The notes below the pieces were generated by a model, which had not been told where the DNA came from, searched no databases, and worked only from the letters and a program-made list of their open reading frames with translations. The translations under genes and the position numbers were made by a program. Shown here one piece after another: positions 1 through 13,867 of a DNA stretch of 64,000 nucleotides. The stretch is from the human T2T-CHM13v2.0 reference genome, Homo sapiens. The stretch lies in the NCBI RefSeq assembly GCF_009914755.1, contig NC_060933.1; one strand, given 5' to 3'. Position 1 is the stretch's first letter. The number at the start of each line of letters is the position of its first letter.

Positions 1-479
1 TGTAGAATTCAGAACATAGCAAGAGGTGGGAAAATGAAAGCATTTGATCAATACATCAAAACTTTGCTATAAAAATTAAACTTCAGCCCTCTTTGTCTGC
101 ATGATTTTATTTTCATGCAAATACTTGGGAATTGGTGATAATGTCTACCTTTCTCAAGCATAAAGATAACACTATTATCACTATTAGTTAAATATGTTTT
201 TTCAAGTCTCATTTGCCTTAGTTATACTGGTAGGTCACCTGGATGTAGACACATATATATGCTTGCACAGAATCATGGAACTGAGGTGTGAATGTTAAGA
301 ATCCCAGCCACTTACTCAGTGCTGGAATCTCTTTTTTCATACTATGTCACAAGAAACTGTCCAGCCTCTCCTTTTTGGCATCAGGGCTCCATTTCTTCCC
401 CTTCTTGGTGACTATAATGGATATACCCAAGATAGAATCTGATTGGGTGTGAGCTGTGGTTGACCAGGATCCTGAGAGT

Positions 480-880
480 TGTTCATCAAACATCCCAAAC
501 ATACTTTCATCTCAGGGTCTTTGCGTTTGCTGTTAGCTCAGTCTGGAATGCCTGTTCTGCAAAAACTTGAATGTCTCCCTTTCCCACCACCACATCTGCT
601 CAAGTGTCATCAGACAGGCCTTCCCTCATAACTGTCTAAAACACTCAGCCCATTAATCTTTAACTCTTTACTCTGATTTGCATTTCTGCATTAGTACTGA
701 TAAATGCCTTATTATTCATATGTCTGTTTACTTGTTTATTTGTGACCGGCCTCCTTCTACTATGTAAGCATCATAAGATGAGGGACTCTGTATATTTTGT
801 CCATTGTTATACCTCCAAGACCTAGAAGAGTACCTGTCACACTCTATAAATTTAATTAAAATGTATTTAATAAATGAACA
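480..880 (+). mobile_element. L2 LINE 3' fragment
   Basis: L2-like motifs ctcagggtctttgcgtttgctgtt, tgtaagcatcataagatgagggact and tail taaatgaa; boundaries approximate. Confidence 0.7.
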
Positions 881-2891
881 AAAGAAAAAAAAATATCGTC
901 TTGAGAATGGATTTAAGACACCGGTGGCAATCACTAGGTCTGAAACGCAGGAGAGCAAGAGAACATCTAAAATGTGACGTTAGCTCCAGAGGCCCAGAAT
1001 GGGGGAGATCTGTGAACGCATAGTGGAAAATGGTCCCCAATGTAGGGGCTTGGTCCCATAGGACAGCTCTTAATGAGGCAGAGGTGTCTCAACCTGGGTT
1101 TCGAGTACATGGATCTCTGGTAGTTGGGGCATATGCCAGAGAGCTTACTTATGCCATGAGTCTATTTCACTGTGGGACCTTCCAACATTAAAGCTTTCTT
1201 CTTGATGGAGCTGAATTCTGCCTCCCTCTAGCTAGTTAATGGAAGATGGCCAGGTAAAGCGGTGCAATTCATATGGAAGAAGATGAAATTAAGTGGTACC
1301 CATAGAAATACAACTCCATTTTATATTAATATAAAGACTCATTTGTCTACAACAAAATAAGCAAATGCGACACAGATTAAGGAATCAAGGTGAGAAAATA
1401 CCTTTGGTGAACTAAAAATATTTAGGACATATACCTTCTTATTTCTATATATGAACTGTTATTGAGGAAACACAAATTTCTATGGGAAATCTAGCTATCT
1501 TGGGATCTTTAAGTGTGAATGTACCTCTGGCTACTAGGTTTGGTTCTGGGTGAAATGCTGACAGATGTTCTTATGTGGTTTATTGTGGTCTGTGTGGTCT
1601 AGGGGACAGCAGCCAGAGGCAGCTCTGTGGAGGACTTTGGGGCCATAAAGAAGCTTTGGACTACTTGAAGTTGTGCCTGGAGTCCCTCCTGGGGAAGCTG
1701 TGTAAGGAGTGGCAGTGTTGCCTGAAAAACATAAGTCTGAGTCTCCGTCTCTGTGGATTTCCTTGGAGAGCAATTATTGAATGTTTTATGGTTCTCTTGC
1801 TTTGAACAGAAGTTTTCACTCACTTAAATGCCAACTACATGGAAGAATGTACTAAACCAATTGAAAAGAAATGTAAAATTCTTGGAAAGTTTAACCATGT
1901 TAAAAGAGAATATGATGGCCTAGACTCTTAAAAGATGTTAGCTTTTATGAGCGTCATCAGGGAAGGTAAGTCTGGAGGCAGGTGGTGGAAAGCTAAACAC
2001 ATATAGAGAAAATATAATTTATAGAAGAAGAACAGAGAGAAGAGAAATTTAATCATTCAGCACTGGGTAAATGGATTGCCTGACATTACAACAAGTTTAA
2101 AGTCACTAGAGGATAAATCAGAATTTATCAGATAATTTGTAGCTTTTTCAATAGAGCATTTGGAGGAGAGAACTCCACATAGCTTCTTTCATCAAAGGGT
2201 AAGCCTTCATCCAAGAGTGAAATCTTTTCCCTCTCTCACAAACTCTCCACTCACCTGTAAGTTTTTGTTCCTTCAGGTGTTTTCTTGAATTCAAGATTCT
2301 TTGTTGTGGATCCAAGGGGACAGTTGCTGAGATGAGGGTTTCTTTTTCCTCTTGTTCATTCAGAAAGCATTTACTGATCACCCTAGGGACACTTCTTTTG
2401 TCTAGGAATTTGCCTGGCCTACCAGATCTTCTGTAGCCAAGAGACTTTCTGCTAGATTCCCCCTCATGCCACATTGGACACCATCCTGATAATAATGATG
2501 GGTTACCTGCCAAGGTAGATTCACCTTTCAAAGAGACCTGCTACTGAACATCTAGAACCACAGCAAGAGACTTGAGAACTTTTCTTTTTCTTCAAAAAAA
2601 ATTCTGGATTATTTCTCAATTTGAGTTTAAGGAATTCCTATAACTTAAGTGATTATACTTTTGACCAAAAGAAAGTTTAATGAAATTATAATTCCCAGGG
2701 TAATATTCTGTAAATGAGAATGATTTAAACATTTTTAAAATGGGAATTAAAAATAATTGTTTGATTATTATAGGAGATGAAGACACATACTTATCAGTCA
2801 CTTCATATGGAATTCACCCAGGATAATTTCTCCTCTGACTTTTCCCTAATCTTCTGCCCCTTTTCTCCAGAGCTGCTTTCCCTTTGCATTT

Positions 2892-3899
2892 TTTTCCATA
2901 GGTTTTTGGGGAACAGGTGGTATTTGGTTACATGAATAAGTTCTTTAGTGATGACTTTGGTTTGCCCATCACCGGAGCAGTTACACAGAACCCAATTGGT
3001 AACCTTTTATCTCTCACCCCCTTCCCACCCTTTCCCCCTGAGTCCCCAAAGTCCATTGTATCATTCTTATGCCTTTCCTTCCTCATAGTTTAGCTCCCAC
3101 TTATGAGTGAGAACATACGATGTTTGTTTTTCCATTCCTGAGTAACTTTACTTACTATAATAGTCTCCAGTCCCATCTAGGTTGCTGCAAATGCTGTTAT
3201 TTCATTCCTTTTTATGGCTGAGTAGTATTCCATCATATATATATGTGTGTGTGTGTATATATGTATGTATATATGTGTATATACACACGTGTATATATAC
3301 ACACATATACATGTGTATGTGTATGTATATACATATGTATATACGTATATACATACACATATATACATATGTATGTGTGTATATATACATATGTATATAT
3401 GTATATGCATATACACATATATACATATGTATGTGTATATACATATACACATACATATATACATACATACATCAATATATCAGTCACAGTTTCTTTATCC
3501 ACTCGTTGACTGATGGGTATTTCGGCTGTTTCTACATTTTTGCAATTGCGAATTTCGCTGCTATAAACATGTTTGTGCAAGTATCTTTTTTGTATAATGA
3601 CTTATTTTCCTCTGGGTAGATACCCAGTAGTGGGATTGCTGGATCAAATGGTAGTTCTACTTTTAGTTCTTTAAGGAATCTCCCCCACTGTTTTCCATAG
3701 TGGTTGTACTAGTTTACATTCCCACCAGCAGTGTAGAAGTGTTCCCTTTTCACCGCATGCACCCCAACATCTATTTTTTTCTTTATTATTTTTTGATAAT
3801 GGCCATTCTTGAGGGAGTAAGGTGGTATCATATTGTGGTTTTAATTTGCATCTCCCTAATCATTAGTCATGTTGAGTACTTTTTCATGTTTTTGGCCAT
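2892..3899 (-). mobile_element. L1PB (L1PB1-like) 3' end, non-inverted part of a twin-primed insertion
   Basis: L1PB 3' UTR (ttttggggaacaggtggtatttggttacatgaataagttctttagtg); ORF2 C-terminal remnant MEYYSAIKRNEI on the minus strand. Confidence 0.9.
3234..3480. repeat. (TA/TG/CA)n alternating purine-pyrimidine microsatellite inside L1PB
   Basis: Directly visible tatatg/tacaca repeats. Confidence 0.95.
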
Positions 3900-4199
3900 C
3901 TTCTAGACATTGGCTTAGGCAAAGATTTCATGACCAAGAACCCAAAAGCAAATGCAACAAAAACAAAGATAAATAGGTGAGACTTAATTAAACTAAAGAG
4001 CTTTTGCATGGCAAAAGGAATAGTCAGCAGAGTAAACAGACAACCCACAGAGTGGGAGAAAATCTTCACAATCCATACATCCGTCAAAGGACTAATATCC
4101 AGAATCTACAAGGAACGCAAACAAATTAGCAAGAAAAACAAACAAACAAACAAACAATACCATCAAAAAATAGGCTAAGGAAATGAATAGACAGTTCTT
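3900..4199 (+). mobile_element. L1PB ORF2 fragment, inverted 5' part of the same insertion
   Basis: ctagacattggcttaggcaaagatttcatgaccaagaacccaaaagca reads [16 protein letters not shown] (L1 ORF2); TSD cctttgcattt at 2881-2891 and 4200-4210. Confidence 0.9.
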
Positions 4200-4344
4200 C
4201 CTTTGCATTTGTATTTGTCTGCTCTCTTGCGTATTTTGGGCAGCCCTTGCTGCTGACTCCTACTGCTTGATCCCCACACTCTCCCCTAGACAACTTTGCA
4301 GTTCATACACGACTCCCTGAAAGAGAACACAGAAAACATTTGGA

Positions 4345-4570
4345 AGTGGTGGAGTGTGCTGTAAAGAGTGTGAGATTTCTGTCAAAAGTTCTGATTGTAA
4401 GCCTTACTTCTGGCTTATTCACTGTGCAGCTGAGAATTTTCTTAACCCCTCTGAGATTTCATTGCTTCATTTGTAAAATGAAGACAAGGGTAACTCAAAG
4501 AGAATTGTTTTGAGATAAAGTATTGGAGGGTAAATTTTAAAATTCTGCACAAGTACTCATTAATACGTTG
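4345..4570 (+). mobile_element. MIR SINE
   Basis: Core cttaacccctctgag...cttcatttgtaaaatg. Confidence 0.6.
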
Positions 4571-5669
4571 TTTCTAATTTAGCACCATCATTTTATAGAA
4601 AATGAAAGGAGATGAAGTAACTCTTCCAGCAATGTGAAACTCAAATTTTTACTGTTCATTTTTCAATTGAAAACCAAAGCATATAGTATGAATCAGATGG
4701 AAATGCATGTGCTGGCTGAGGATATAAATCACCCTAGGATCAGATGTGTTTCTCTTTGATGTGTCTAGGAAGTGTTTTATGGTAAACTTGAGTACACGTG
4801 TGGCATTCATACAGGGAATCTCTTTACCTAATTTGCCCAAAATTACTTACTTAAGGGTATTAGGTGTTATGCTTACTATGTTCCCTTCTTAATTTGAGGA
4901 CTATCTGAGATTACCCAGAGGAGTTAAGAAGATTCTCAGCCTTGATTTTAAAACTGTAGATGGGTGTAGAAGGGGGCTGCTTACAAAAGATGAAAATGGA
5001 AAGGGTCAAGGGAGCAGGGGTCTGAGCTGATCCAAAAGGAATCAGCTATTTCAAGACTACCTAGATTAGAAGCACCAAGGTCTTGCCAGACATAGCTGTG
5101 TGGTTTGAAAGCACCAAACTCAGTGCCAAAAGAAGGGTCTCAATGCCCTCGACCTCTGTAGAGCTGGGAGTGGGAGCAGCTAAAACCATTTTGACCCGAA
5201 TCACTAGGAAAATTCAACTGGATGAATAGTCTAGATAGAATCTGAACAGGCTGATGGAGGTCTTGGCAGTTAGACAATAGTTGAAACTAGGCACATTCCT
5301 GTTCTTTTATTTATTCAATATATTTAAGTATGTATTAAATATTTGTGGAATGGGTGAGTGAATGGAAGTGTAATAAGTAAGTGAATGGAAGTGAATGAGT
5401 AAGTGAACCAAAAGAGCAATGAATACATGGAATGACTCTGAGCTTCTGAGAGTTGGAAGCTAGATGCCTAATTGGCAATAGGTAGGGAGAGAATGAGCCA
5501 ACAATGCACTGGATTAGAGATCTGAAATGATTACTCTAAAGAAGCATATTTTAACAAGACAGGGTCAGATAAGAGGCTAGCCCCAAAGCTGTACAAGCCA
5601 TGAGTGATGACAACACCTGATGTTTGAAGAGTTTTTAATATCCTTGCACTGCCTTGTGGACATAGTATA

Positions 5670-5890
5670 GGATAATAGGAAGAGCTTGGGCTCTGGAATC
5701 CACCAGATGATTTCCAGTTCTGATTTACTAGCTTTAACATGGGAAAGATATTTAACCTCTCTAACCTTCAATTTCTTCCTTGAAAAATGGGTTCATAATA
5801 CCTACCACATATGATTGTTGTAAGGAGCATCTGAGCTGTCTGTAAATCTCTGGGACATTGTTCATTCTCAATAAATATCAGTTATCTTCC
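5670..5890 (+). mobile_element. MIR SINE
   Basis: ggctctggaatc...tatttaacctctctaaccttcaatttc...aaaatggg...ctcaataaata. Confidence 0.75.
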
Positions 5891-6259
5891 CCTTTCCTTG
5901 ATCTTAGATTACAAAAATATCAGCAACATCCTCCAGATATGGACATGTTGAAAACCAACAAAAAATCATAGCTTCTTCCAAAATTACAGAAATTTATATT
6001 AACTAACCAACACTGGTTTACTCCACAAAATTCAACATACACATTCTAATGCATCTATGTGTCTGTAAGTGCACTGCATTGAGGCCCTACTAAACACAAA
6101 CTTCACTTTATCCATTGCTGTGTGTGGACTTCACCCAGGAGAGTTTCTCCTTGGACATTTTCCCAGTTTTCTGCCCTTTTTTTTCCCCAGAGCTACTTTT
6201 CCCTTGCTTTTGTCTTTGTCTACTCTTCTGGCCATTTTAGACAGCCTTGCTGTTCCTAA

Positions 6260-6708
<449 letters not shown>

Positions 6709-6934
6709 TACCTCTTTTAGTGTTACAAAACCCAGTAAAACATCCTTTAATCTCTCAGTGTTTTCTCAACTCTTATTCCCTTAGTTTATTCTTGCTGTTA
6801 TGAATTTCATAAATCCTTTTAATTATTTTATTTTAACGCATTTATCTTGGTTAAGTATCACTGTTAGTATATGGCCTTTAAAATGGAACTTACTGAAACC
6901 CCCCCTTCTTTGGTCACATTGATCTCACTAGATT

Positions 6935-7087
6935 GGGGGTCGGGGGAGAAGAGGGTTGGTTTTGGGATGAAACTGTTCCACCTCAGATCATCAGGCATTA
7001 GATTCTCATAATGAACACGCAGCCTAGATCCCTTGCATGCGCAGTTCACAATAGGGTTCGCACTCCTATGAGAATTTAATGCTGCCC
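6935..7087 (-). mobile_element. MER1B-like hAT-Charlie DNA transposon fragment
   Basis: gggatgaaactgttccacctcagatcatcaggcattagattctcata...tatgagaatttaatgc with the characteristic internal inverted repeat. Confidence 0.85.
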
Positions 7088-7690
7088 TAGATAATACATC
7101 TTTTCTTCCCCAGCAGAATGATTTATAGTTTTTTGAGTCTTATTTTTACTCTGAGATTCCCCTCCTCTCATATACATACATTTAGTCCTTTTAACCATTT
7201 CTAGATTAAGGGATTTTTGCTCCTTCTAGGAAGTTCTTGCACTATTCCTCCTTGACAGTTGGGAACTCTCAAGTTTTGAGGATGTCTTCCATACTTTCAC
7301 ATCACTGTTGATCAGAATTGGTTATAAAGTAATAACCTACTTAATGACTTCATCTGTCCATTGAGAAGTGAACTTGCGTAAAAGATGTTAAGGGTATATC
7401 TGAGCGCTGTGTGAAGCAAATTGTCTTTTAGCCAGTTTGTGGATATTTGTCTTCTATACCTACTCTGCCTTATTGTGGTGCATATTCTGTGCTTTGTGTC
7501 GGGAACACACCATTCCTTCCCTTCATCAGCCCAAGCAGTCTCCATCGTAACCTTACAATGGTATCATTTCAATTTCTCTCTCTTTTCATTTTTTCAGCTT
7601 CATTGCAGCCAGCATGAATCCACCCCGAGGATGGAATCATGTGATTTCCTCAGTATTTGATGCTCAGTACCTGTGCTTTTTAAAAGTGTG

Positions 7691-7763
7691 AATTTATAAT
7701 GCTCGTGTAATTTATAATGCTCAAATGTCATTTAAATGCTCATGTAAAATTTATAATGCTCAA
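7691..7763. repeat. Short minisatellite, 4 copies of an 18-20 bp unit with core atttataatgctc
   Basis: Directly visible. Confidence 0.85.
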
Positions 7764-8869
7764 AACAGTAGTCTGTTTTGAATACCCTCCTGTCTTTGAG
7801 CAGCCCTTCAATTTTGTTTTCTACCCTTTTGATTACTCTCATGTTTTCTTTGCTCAGGCTACTGATCACAGCTAAGGTATTGCTAAGAACTTTAGAAACT
7901 GAACCTTTAATGTTGAAGGAAGTGATTTAACTTAGGTGTATCTTGCGGTTTTCCTCAAATTGTGCCATACCGGTAGGTGGACCCCAGCCTAGTATATAGA
8001 AGGAGTTAGAAAAAAATGTGTTGACTTGACTGACTGAGTGAATCACCTGCTCCTTTATCGCATGTGCCACACTCAGGTACCATTTGGCCCAATTTCATTT
8101 CTTCTTCTTCTGTGTCTTGAGAACTATGTCAGCAGAAATGTGTCAGAGAAACCAGTCCATAAATAGATGATTACTCATAGGGAGAGATGCCAAATAGGCT
8201 TGTTCTGTGTCCAAGAAAACACTGGGGCTCCTGAAAAGCAAAATGAAAAATGACAACCGAGTTTATAATTTCACTGGGAAGACAAAAGGCATAGACATAA
8301 GACAGCAAAATCCTTGATCTAGTGAACATTCAAGATAGGAGGTACCAGGCCTTCCCTGAGCTAATTAAAAGTCACAGGGATCCTAGAGCCCTTGGGCCTC
8401 TCAGAAACTGTGTTAACTTCTTACTGAGTCTCTTATATATTCCTACAAGATATCAGAGAAGAATACACCACTTTAGGTTGTAAGGCTAACCTGGAGAAAT
8501 GGGGCTTAGAGTGAGCTAATGAATCACAATAAGCCAAAAATCACTTTTCAGGAAAAGGCTTCTTTTACTTTAGGTAAAGTATAAAGATTAATGTGACACT
8601 GTCTCATTTCAGGGAGAGTCACAGAAGCATTGATTTTATAATAGGAAACATGCACATCTCCTAATGCATTTGCATTGAATATACATACTTCAATAGCCAC
8701 AAATCCTCAGAGGTCAGGAAAAATCTGCATTCAGAGCCATCTTCTACAGGGTGGCTATCCACTAGTACCCATAGGCAATGATGCCTTAAAATACAGGAAA
8801 AGGGTAGCATGCCATATGGCATAAAATAGGTTAATAAACATACTCTCCAAGAACATTACAAAATGATAA

Positions 8870-9430
8870 GAAATAGATAATAAAAAAAGAGCAAAGTGTA
8901 TAAATAAGAAACTTATAAAAGAGAAAAGGCAAATAGTCAATATCACATCAAGGGAAGTTCAATTTCACTAGTGGTTAGAGAAATAAAAGCTCTAGATATC
9001 ATTTTGCAGCTATCAGATCAGTAAACAATTTTAAAATTTTGTTTTCATTGAGCACTGGCACTTGTGTGTGCCCCTGTGTGTGGGAAAACACACTTTGAAC
9101 ACTGCAGACAGTTGTGTGAATTACTATAACAGTTTTGGGACTTAATTGGCAAATATTTTCAAAATTAATTATGTTTTCATTGAGTAATCCAACTTCAGGG
9201 AAGATAGAAGATATTCTAGAAAAATAAGGGTATGAATATTTAAGGATGTATCCAGTGATACAGCATTTAGTAGATAAAATCTGGAAAAATATCTAAATGC
9301 TTAACAAGAAGACATTGAATAAATTTATAGAGTATTAAATAAATTGAAACATTATGCCACTTTGACAAATGTGACTTTATGTCTATTCACCTGGAAGAAT
9401 GTTCATTATCCTTTGGCAGCTGGAAAAATA
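8870..9430 (+). mobile_element. Old L1 (L1ME-like) fragment
   Basis: Degenerate similarity to the ORF2 end / 3' UTR (caatttcactagtggttagagaaat, gtaatccaacttcaggg, atctaaatgcttaacaagaag). Confidence 0.55.
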
Positions 9431-9444
9431 ATTATAGTGGCTTA

Positions 9445-9665
9445 AAAGTACATACTTCATGTTATATGCCAGGCACTATTCCAAGTATTTTACATATATT
9501 GCTTCATTAAGTTCTCACAGTATCAATATACAGTTGAGAAAACTGAAGCAGACAGATATAGGTTAAATGACTTGTCCAAGGTCTCACAAATGCTTAGGGG
9601 TAGAACTAGGACTTAAACTCTGATGGGCTGGCTCCGAAGTTGCCATTCTTAATGACTATGGTATA
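9445..9665 (-). mobile_element. MIR SINE
   Basis: tatgccaggcactattccaag...cagttgagaaaactgaagc...gttaaatgacttgtccaaggtc. Confidence 0.85.
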
Positions 9666-9793
9666 CTCTTTTTCAACATATGGAGTAATGGGTATTGTAA
9701 AATTCTATTTTTGTATAAAAACAAAATAAAAAATAACCATATATATGTGTATGTATGTTAACAAGTGATCTTCTTAATAAGAGCCTTGATTTA

Positions 9794-10336
<543 letters not shown>

Positions 10337-10789
10337 TTATTTTAAATATGAAGTCATTAATATAAAAGACAGAAAAGTGATGAAAACTATATGTATATTT
10401 GAGCTTTCCAAGAAGGGCTTGGGTCTTATTTTTGATATCCAGACATCTGTGAGGAAGATTTCCCAAATGAGTAGGTGCTGGGTTTTCTGCTGTTTATTTG
10501 TTCCTGGCAAAGCCAAGTGTGAAGAGACAGCATCTGGGACAGGGAGTATTGTAAGGACGTGTTTGAGTATTGTGGAGTAGGATAGAACATGCACCCAGAA
10601 GAGGGAGGAGGGATGATGAAATTACACAGTGGATTTTGTCTTTCTGCTGGTCTTTCTATTGGTAGTGCCAAATTGATACAAAACATTTATAATAGTCACA
10701 ATTGGCCCATCTTGATGCCTATTAATAGCAGCATTGATTGATCCTAGACAAACTAGAACTCTTCTCACTTTGAAACTCACAGAGTTTCA

Positions 10790-11212
10790 AAACCTGAAAT
10801 TCTGAAACCCTTGTGTTACCACAACCTCTTAGCCTTTCATCTCATTGCCTCTGCACATCTCCTTTCATCCATCGGCTCTTACCCAGTCTCCTTAGCCTTC
10901 TCTTTGTCAATCGAGTGTTTCATCCAAACTCTACTGTCACTCTAGGTTCACTTTGTCTCCTCCCAGGACTTCCCGAAGATGATCCTTTCATAGTTTCATC
11001 TTGCCTCTATTACTTCTTATTTTCAGTCTACTTTTCCAGCGTATCTCACTCTATCGTCCCTTAAATGCTGATATTGATGAGCTTCCATTTTCTGTTCTTC
11101 ACAACATTCAGTGTTGTTTCTGTTTTTACTGCTATCTCAGTTAAGGATGTAATTATTTTGCCCATAAGTTTTTACCCATATCCTCTTCTCTCCATCCCTT
11201 CCAATTCTTTGT

Positions 11213-11245
<33 letters not shown>

Positions 11246-11740
11246 TACTACTACTACTACCACTACCACTATCTCTCTCTCTCTCTGTCTCTCTCTTGCT
11301 AATCATTATTGCCCCATTACTCAACATGAGCAGCAGCTCATCATGAAATCTAAGCTCTTTATTCTGGCACTCAATATCCTCCAATAGTAAGCCCCAGACT
11401 TTCTTCCTCACCTTATTTTCTACTTGCTCAAGTTGCATCAGATTTGTAGCCTTTCCACTAGCATGCCCCACATATTCCTGCTCCCATGTCTTAGACCTTC
11501 TTGTCTGGTGTGCACTTGTCAAAGTTTTAATTATCCTTCAGTACCTACTGAAATCTTCCTCCATCTTTCAGATGCTTCTAGTCAGAAATAATCATTTTCT
11601 ACTTAATTTTCACGTTACATTTCTACTTCTGCTAGTGCTTACTTCATTACTGTTCTTGCTTTGCAGCTATTTTATGCACATGTTACTCTCTTCCATTTAC
11701 TCTGCACCTTCTTCAAGGCAGGTAGACATTTATTCTTTAA
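10790..11740 (+). mobile_element. Degenerate L2 LINE
   Basis: Pyrimidine-rich L2-like sequence ending ctctgcaccttcttcaaggcagg. Confidence 0.5.
11213..11295. repeat. Compound microsatellite (CTA)n then (CT)n
   Basis: Directly visible. Confidence 0.95.
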
Positions 11741-11929
11741 TTTAGAGATACAGAGCAAGTGTAAGTAATTCCAACACGCATTGGTGATAACCTCTATTTA
11801 CATTTTAACGTGTATCCTTGCAGGCTTTCTTTTTGCCTACATATAGTTTTCTTCATTTAAAAAAATAAAATGATATTACCCTATACATATTCTTTCATAA
11901 CTGGATTTTAGTATGTAATGAGACATAAG

Positions 11930-12190
11930 AATTCAATGGTAGGTAAATGAGTTATATTAGAAACAGACTGCCTGAATTCAAATATCTGCTTTATTGCTTA
12001 CTAGCTAGGTAAACTTAGGCATAATATTTAACCTTTTTGTACTTCAGTTTCCTAATCAGTAAAATATAGATAAGAATAATACTTATCTCTTATGCTTATG
12101 GTAAGGATTAATAACATAATCCACATAAAATATGCCATAGTGTATTGAACATAATAAGCACATAATAAATATGTGTTACTTGCAACTATT
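11930..12190 (+). mobile_element. MIR SINE, near full length
   Basis: cagactgcctgaattcaaat...cttactagct...cttcagtttcctaatcagtaaaat...taagcacataataaat. Confidence 0.85.
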
Positions 12191-12240
12191 ATAAAAATAT
12201 ATCTGAACATAGCTTTAAGACCGTATGTATGGTCTTGATG

Positions 12241-12462
12241 AGTGGTTTTCAACTGGTGGTGATTTGTCCCCTTGGGGAACTTTGGGCATGTCTAGAGACA
12301 TTTTTAGCTGCCACAATGGGGGAAGGAGTAGAGCTATGGTGTCTAGTGTATAGAAGCTTGAGCTACTGCTACACATCCTGCAATGCACAGGACAGCCCTC
12401 CACTCTCACAGCAAGGAACAATCTATAATATTTTATAATCAATAGTGGAATGGCTGAGAAGC
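12241..12462 (+). mobile_element. MER20 hAT-Charlie DNA transposon
   Basis: agtggttttcaac...tctagagacattttt...catcctgcaatgcacaggacagccc...ggctgagaagcc. Confidence 0.85.
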
Positions 12463-12469
12463 CACAATC

Positions 12470-12800
12470 AAGGGCATCTAGGGCCTCACTTGGCACATAC
12501 AAGATAGCGGAGAAGACAGACATGGCTGGAGTGGCTGGGATTTCCCTCTATGTTGCCTTTTTTCATAGGAAGCTGGCTTGGGCTTATTTGCATGGTGGCA
12601 GAAGATTTCCCAGCAGTAATAGAGGACAAGCCCCAATGTGCAAAAACTTTTGTATCCTCTGCTTAGGTCATATTTTCTAATGTCCCATTGGCAAAAGCAA
12701 GTTCTATGGCCAAGCCCAGTTTCAGGGGGTAGAAAAAAGAGATTCCACTTTTTAATCAGAGCTGCAATCCATTGTGGCTTAAAAGAAAATCTTCCACATA
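12470..12800 (-). mobile_element. MLT1 (J/K-like) MaLR LTR fragment
   Basis: aagccccaatgtgcaa, taatgtcccattggcaaaagcaagt...atggccaagcccag. Confidence 0.75.
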
Positions 12801-13009
12801 GGGTGGGCATACTGTCAACTGAGGCTCTTTTTGCTAAACTGCCTTCCAGGGAGGCAACTGGACTCAGTCAGCAATGGTCACCTGTATTTCGCTATCTCAC
12901 AAATACTTCTAAGCTGCTGGTAAAAAGAAATTGGCACTTAAAGTCTTTGATCAGTCAGGTGAGAGTAAAAGGACAGGGCGGAGGCAGCACAAAATAGATA
13001 CTTTATGTC

Positions 13010-13640
13010 AATCCATTTTTGATATCTCCACTCAGAAGAGCCCAGATTCACATGTTAAATAGCCTGATGACATCTCAACTTGGATGCCACACAGTACCTA
13101 AAACAGAACATGTAAAAATATTTACCTTCCCTCACAAAAAATGCCTACGCTTCCCATTTCAGTTAATGGGGCCACCATTATCTAATCACTGGAGCCTGAA
13201 AACCAGGTCTCCTCCTGGAGGCTTCTTCCCGCTCACTTCCTTTCTTAATGTCGTCAAGCCCTCCATTACTTTACCTCCTAAAGGTCTCTCATATTGATTT
13301 CATACTTCTCCATTCCCATCACCACAGGATTCATTTAGACTCAGAATTCCTTGGTTGGATCATTACAATATCCTTTGTGTCCACTGTCAACTCTTCTACT
13401 CTAATGCCTCCAGAGTTATCTTCCAAAAATAAACAATTTCAATTTCATGACAAAAATCCCTTGAATTTTATGTCCTCTGTGGAATCTCTGTGTCCTTCAG
13501 GGATTATGTTCAAATGCCCTAACAGGGTATTCATGTCCCTGCTCTGGGAGGAATGATAATTCCTCGGCCTACCTTACAAGATTGTTTGGAAAAACAAATG
13601 AGATACTGTCTGTATGTTGAATGAATGAACAAGGATATGA
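13010..13640 (+). mobile_element. L2 LINE fragment with adjoining MIR/L2 tail
   Basis: gcctgatgacatctcaacttggatg, ccagagttatcttcc, ttgaatgaatgaa. Confidence 0.65.
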
Positions 13641-13867
13641 ATCAATAAGTGAATACAAAGAAAGTACTTCTGTGTGGCTGCAGTAAAGGATCTGGAAGTT
13701 GTAGGGGAAAGATGCATCTTGAAGGATAGTCTGGGGCTTGATCATAAATGGCCTTGCGTATGAGGCTGAGAAGACAAGCCTTTATTCTGTAAAAAATTAG
13801 AAGCATATGATGGCCTCTGATACTTCACAAAATCTCTAGAAAAAGGTATATAAAACCCCATTTATCA

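Noticed and set aside
2148-2537. 127-aa minus-strand ORF with a good donor (CAG|GTGAGT near 2250-2257) and a NAGNAG acceptor near 2538
   Set aside because: No recognisable protein, weak pyrimidine tract, and part of it resembles an L2/MIR tail (ttcattcagaaagcatttactga)
3177-3619. Seven overlapping Y/I/C/V/H/T-rich ORFs
   Set aside because: Artefacts of the stop-poor dinucleotide microsatellite
6995-7083. Long inverted repeat ggcattagattctcata...tatgagaatttaatgc
   Set aside because: Intrinsic to the MER1 transposon consensus
10769-10791. Perfect 10-bp inverted repeat tttgaaactc-aca-gagtttcaaa
   Set aside because: Isolated, AT-rich and plausible by chance; no supporting context
11065-11522. 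Poly-Leu and poly-Ser ORFs
   Set aside because: Translation of the (CTA)n/(CT)n microsatellite
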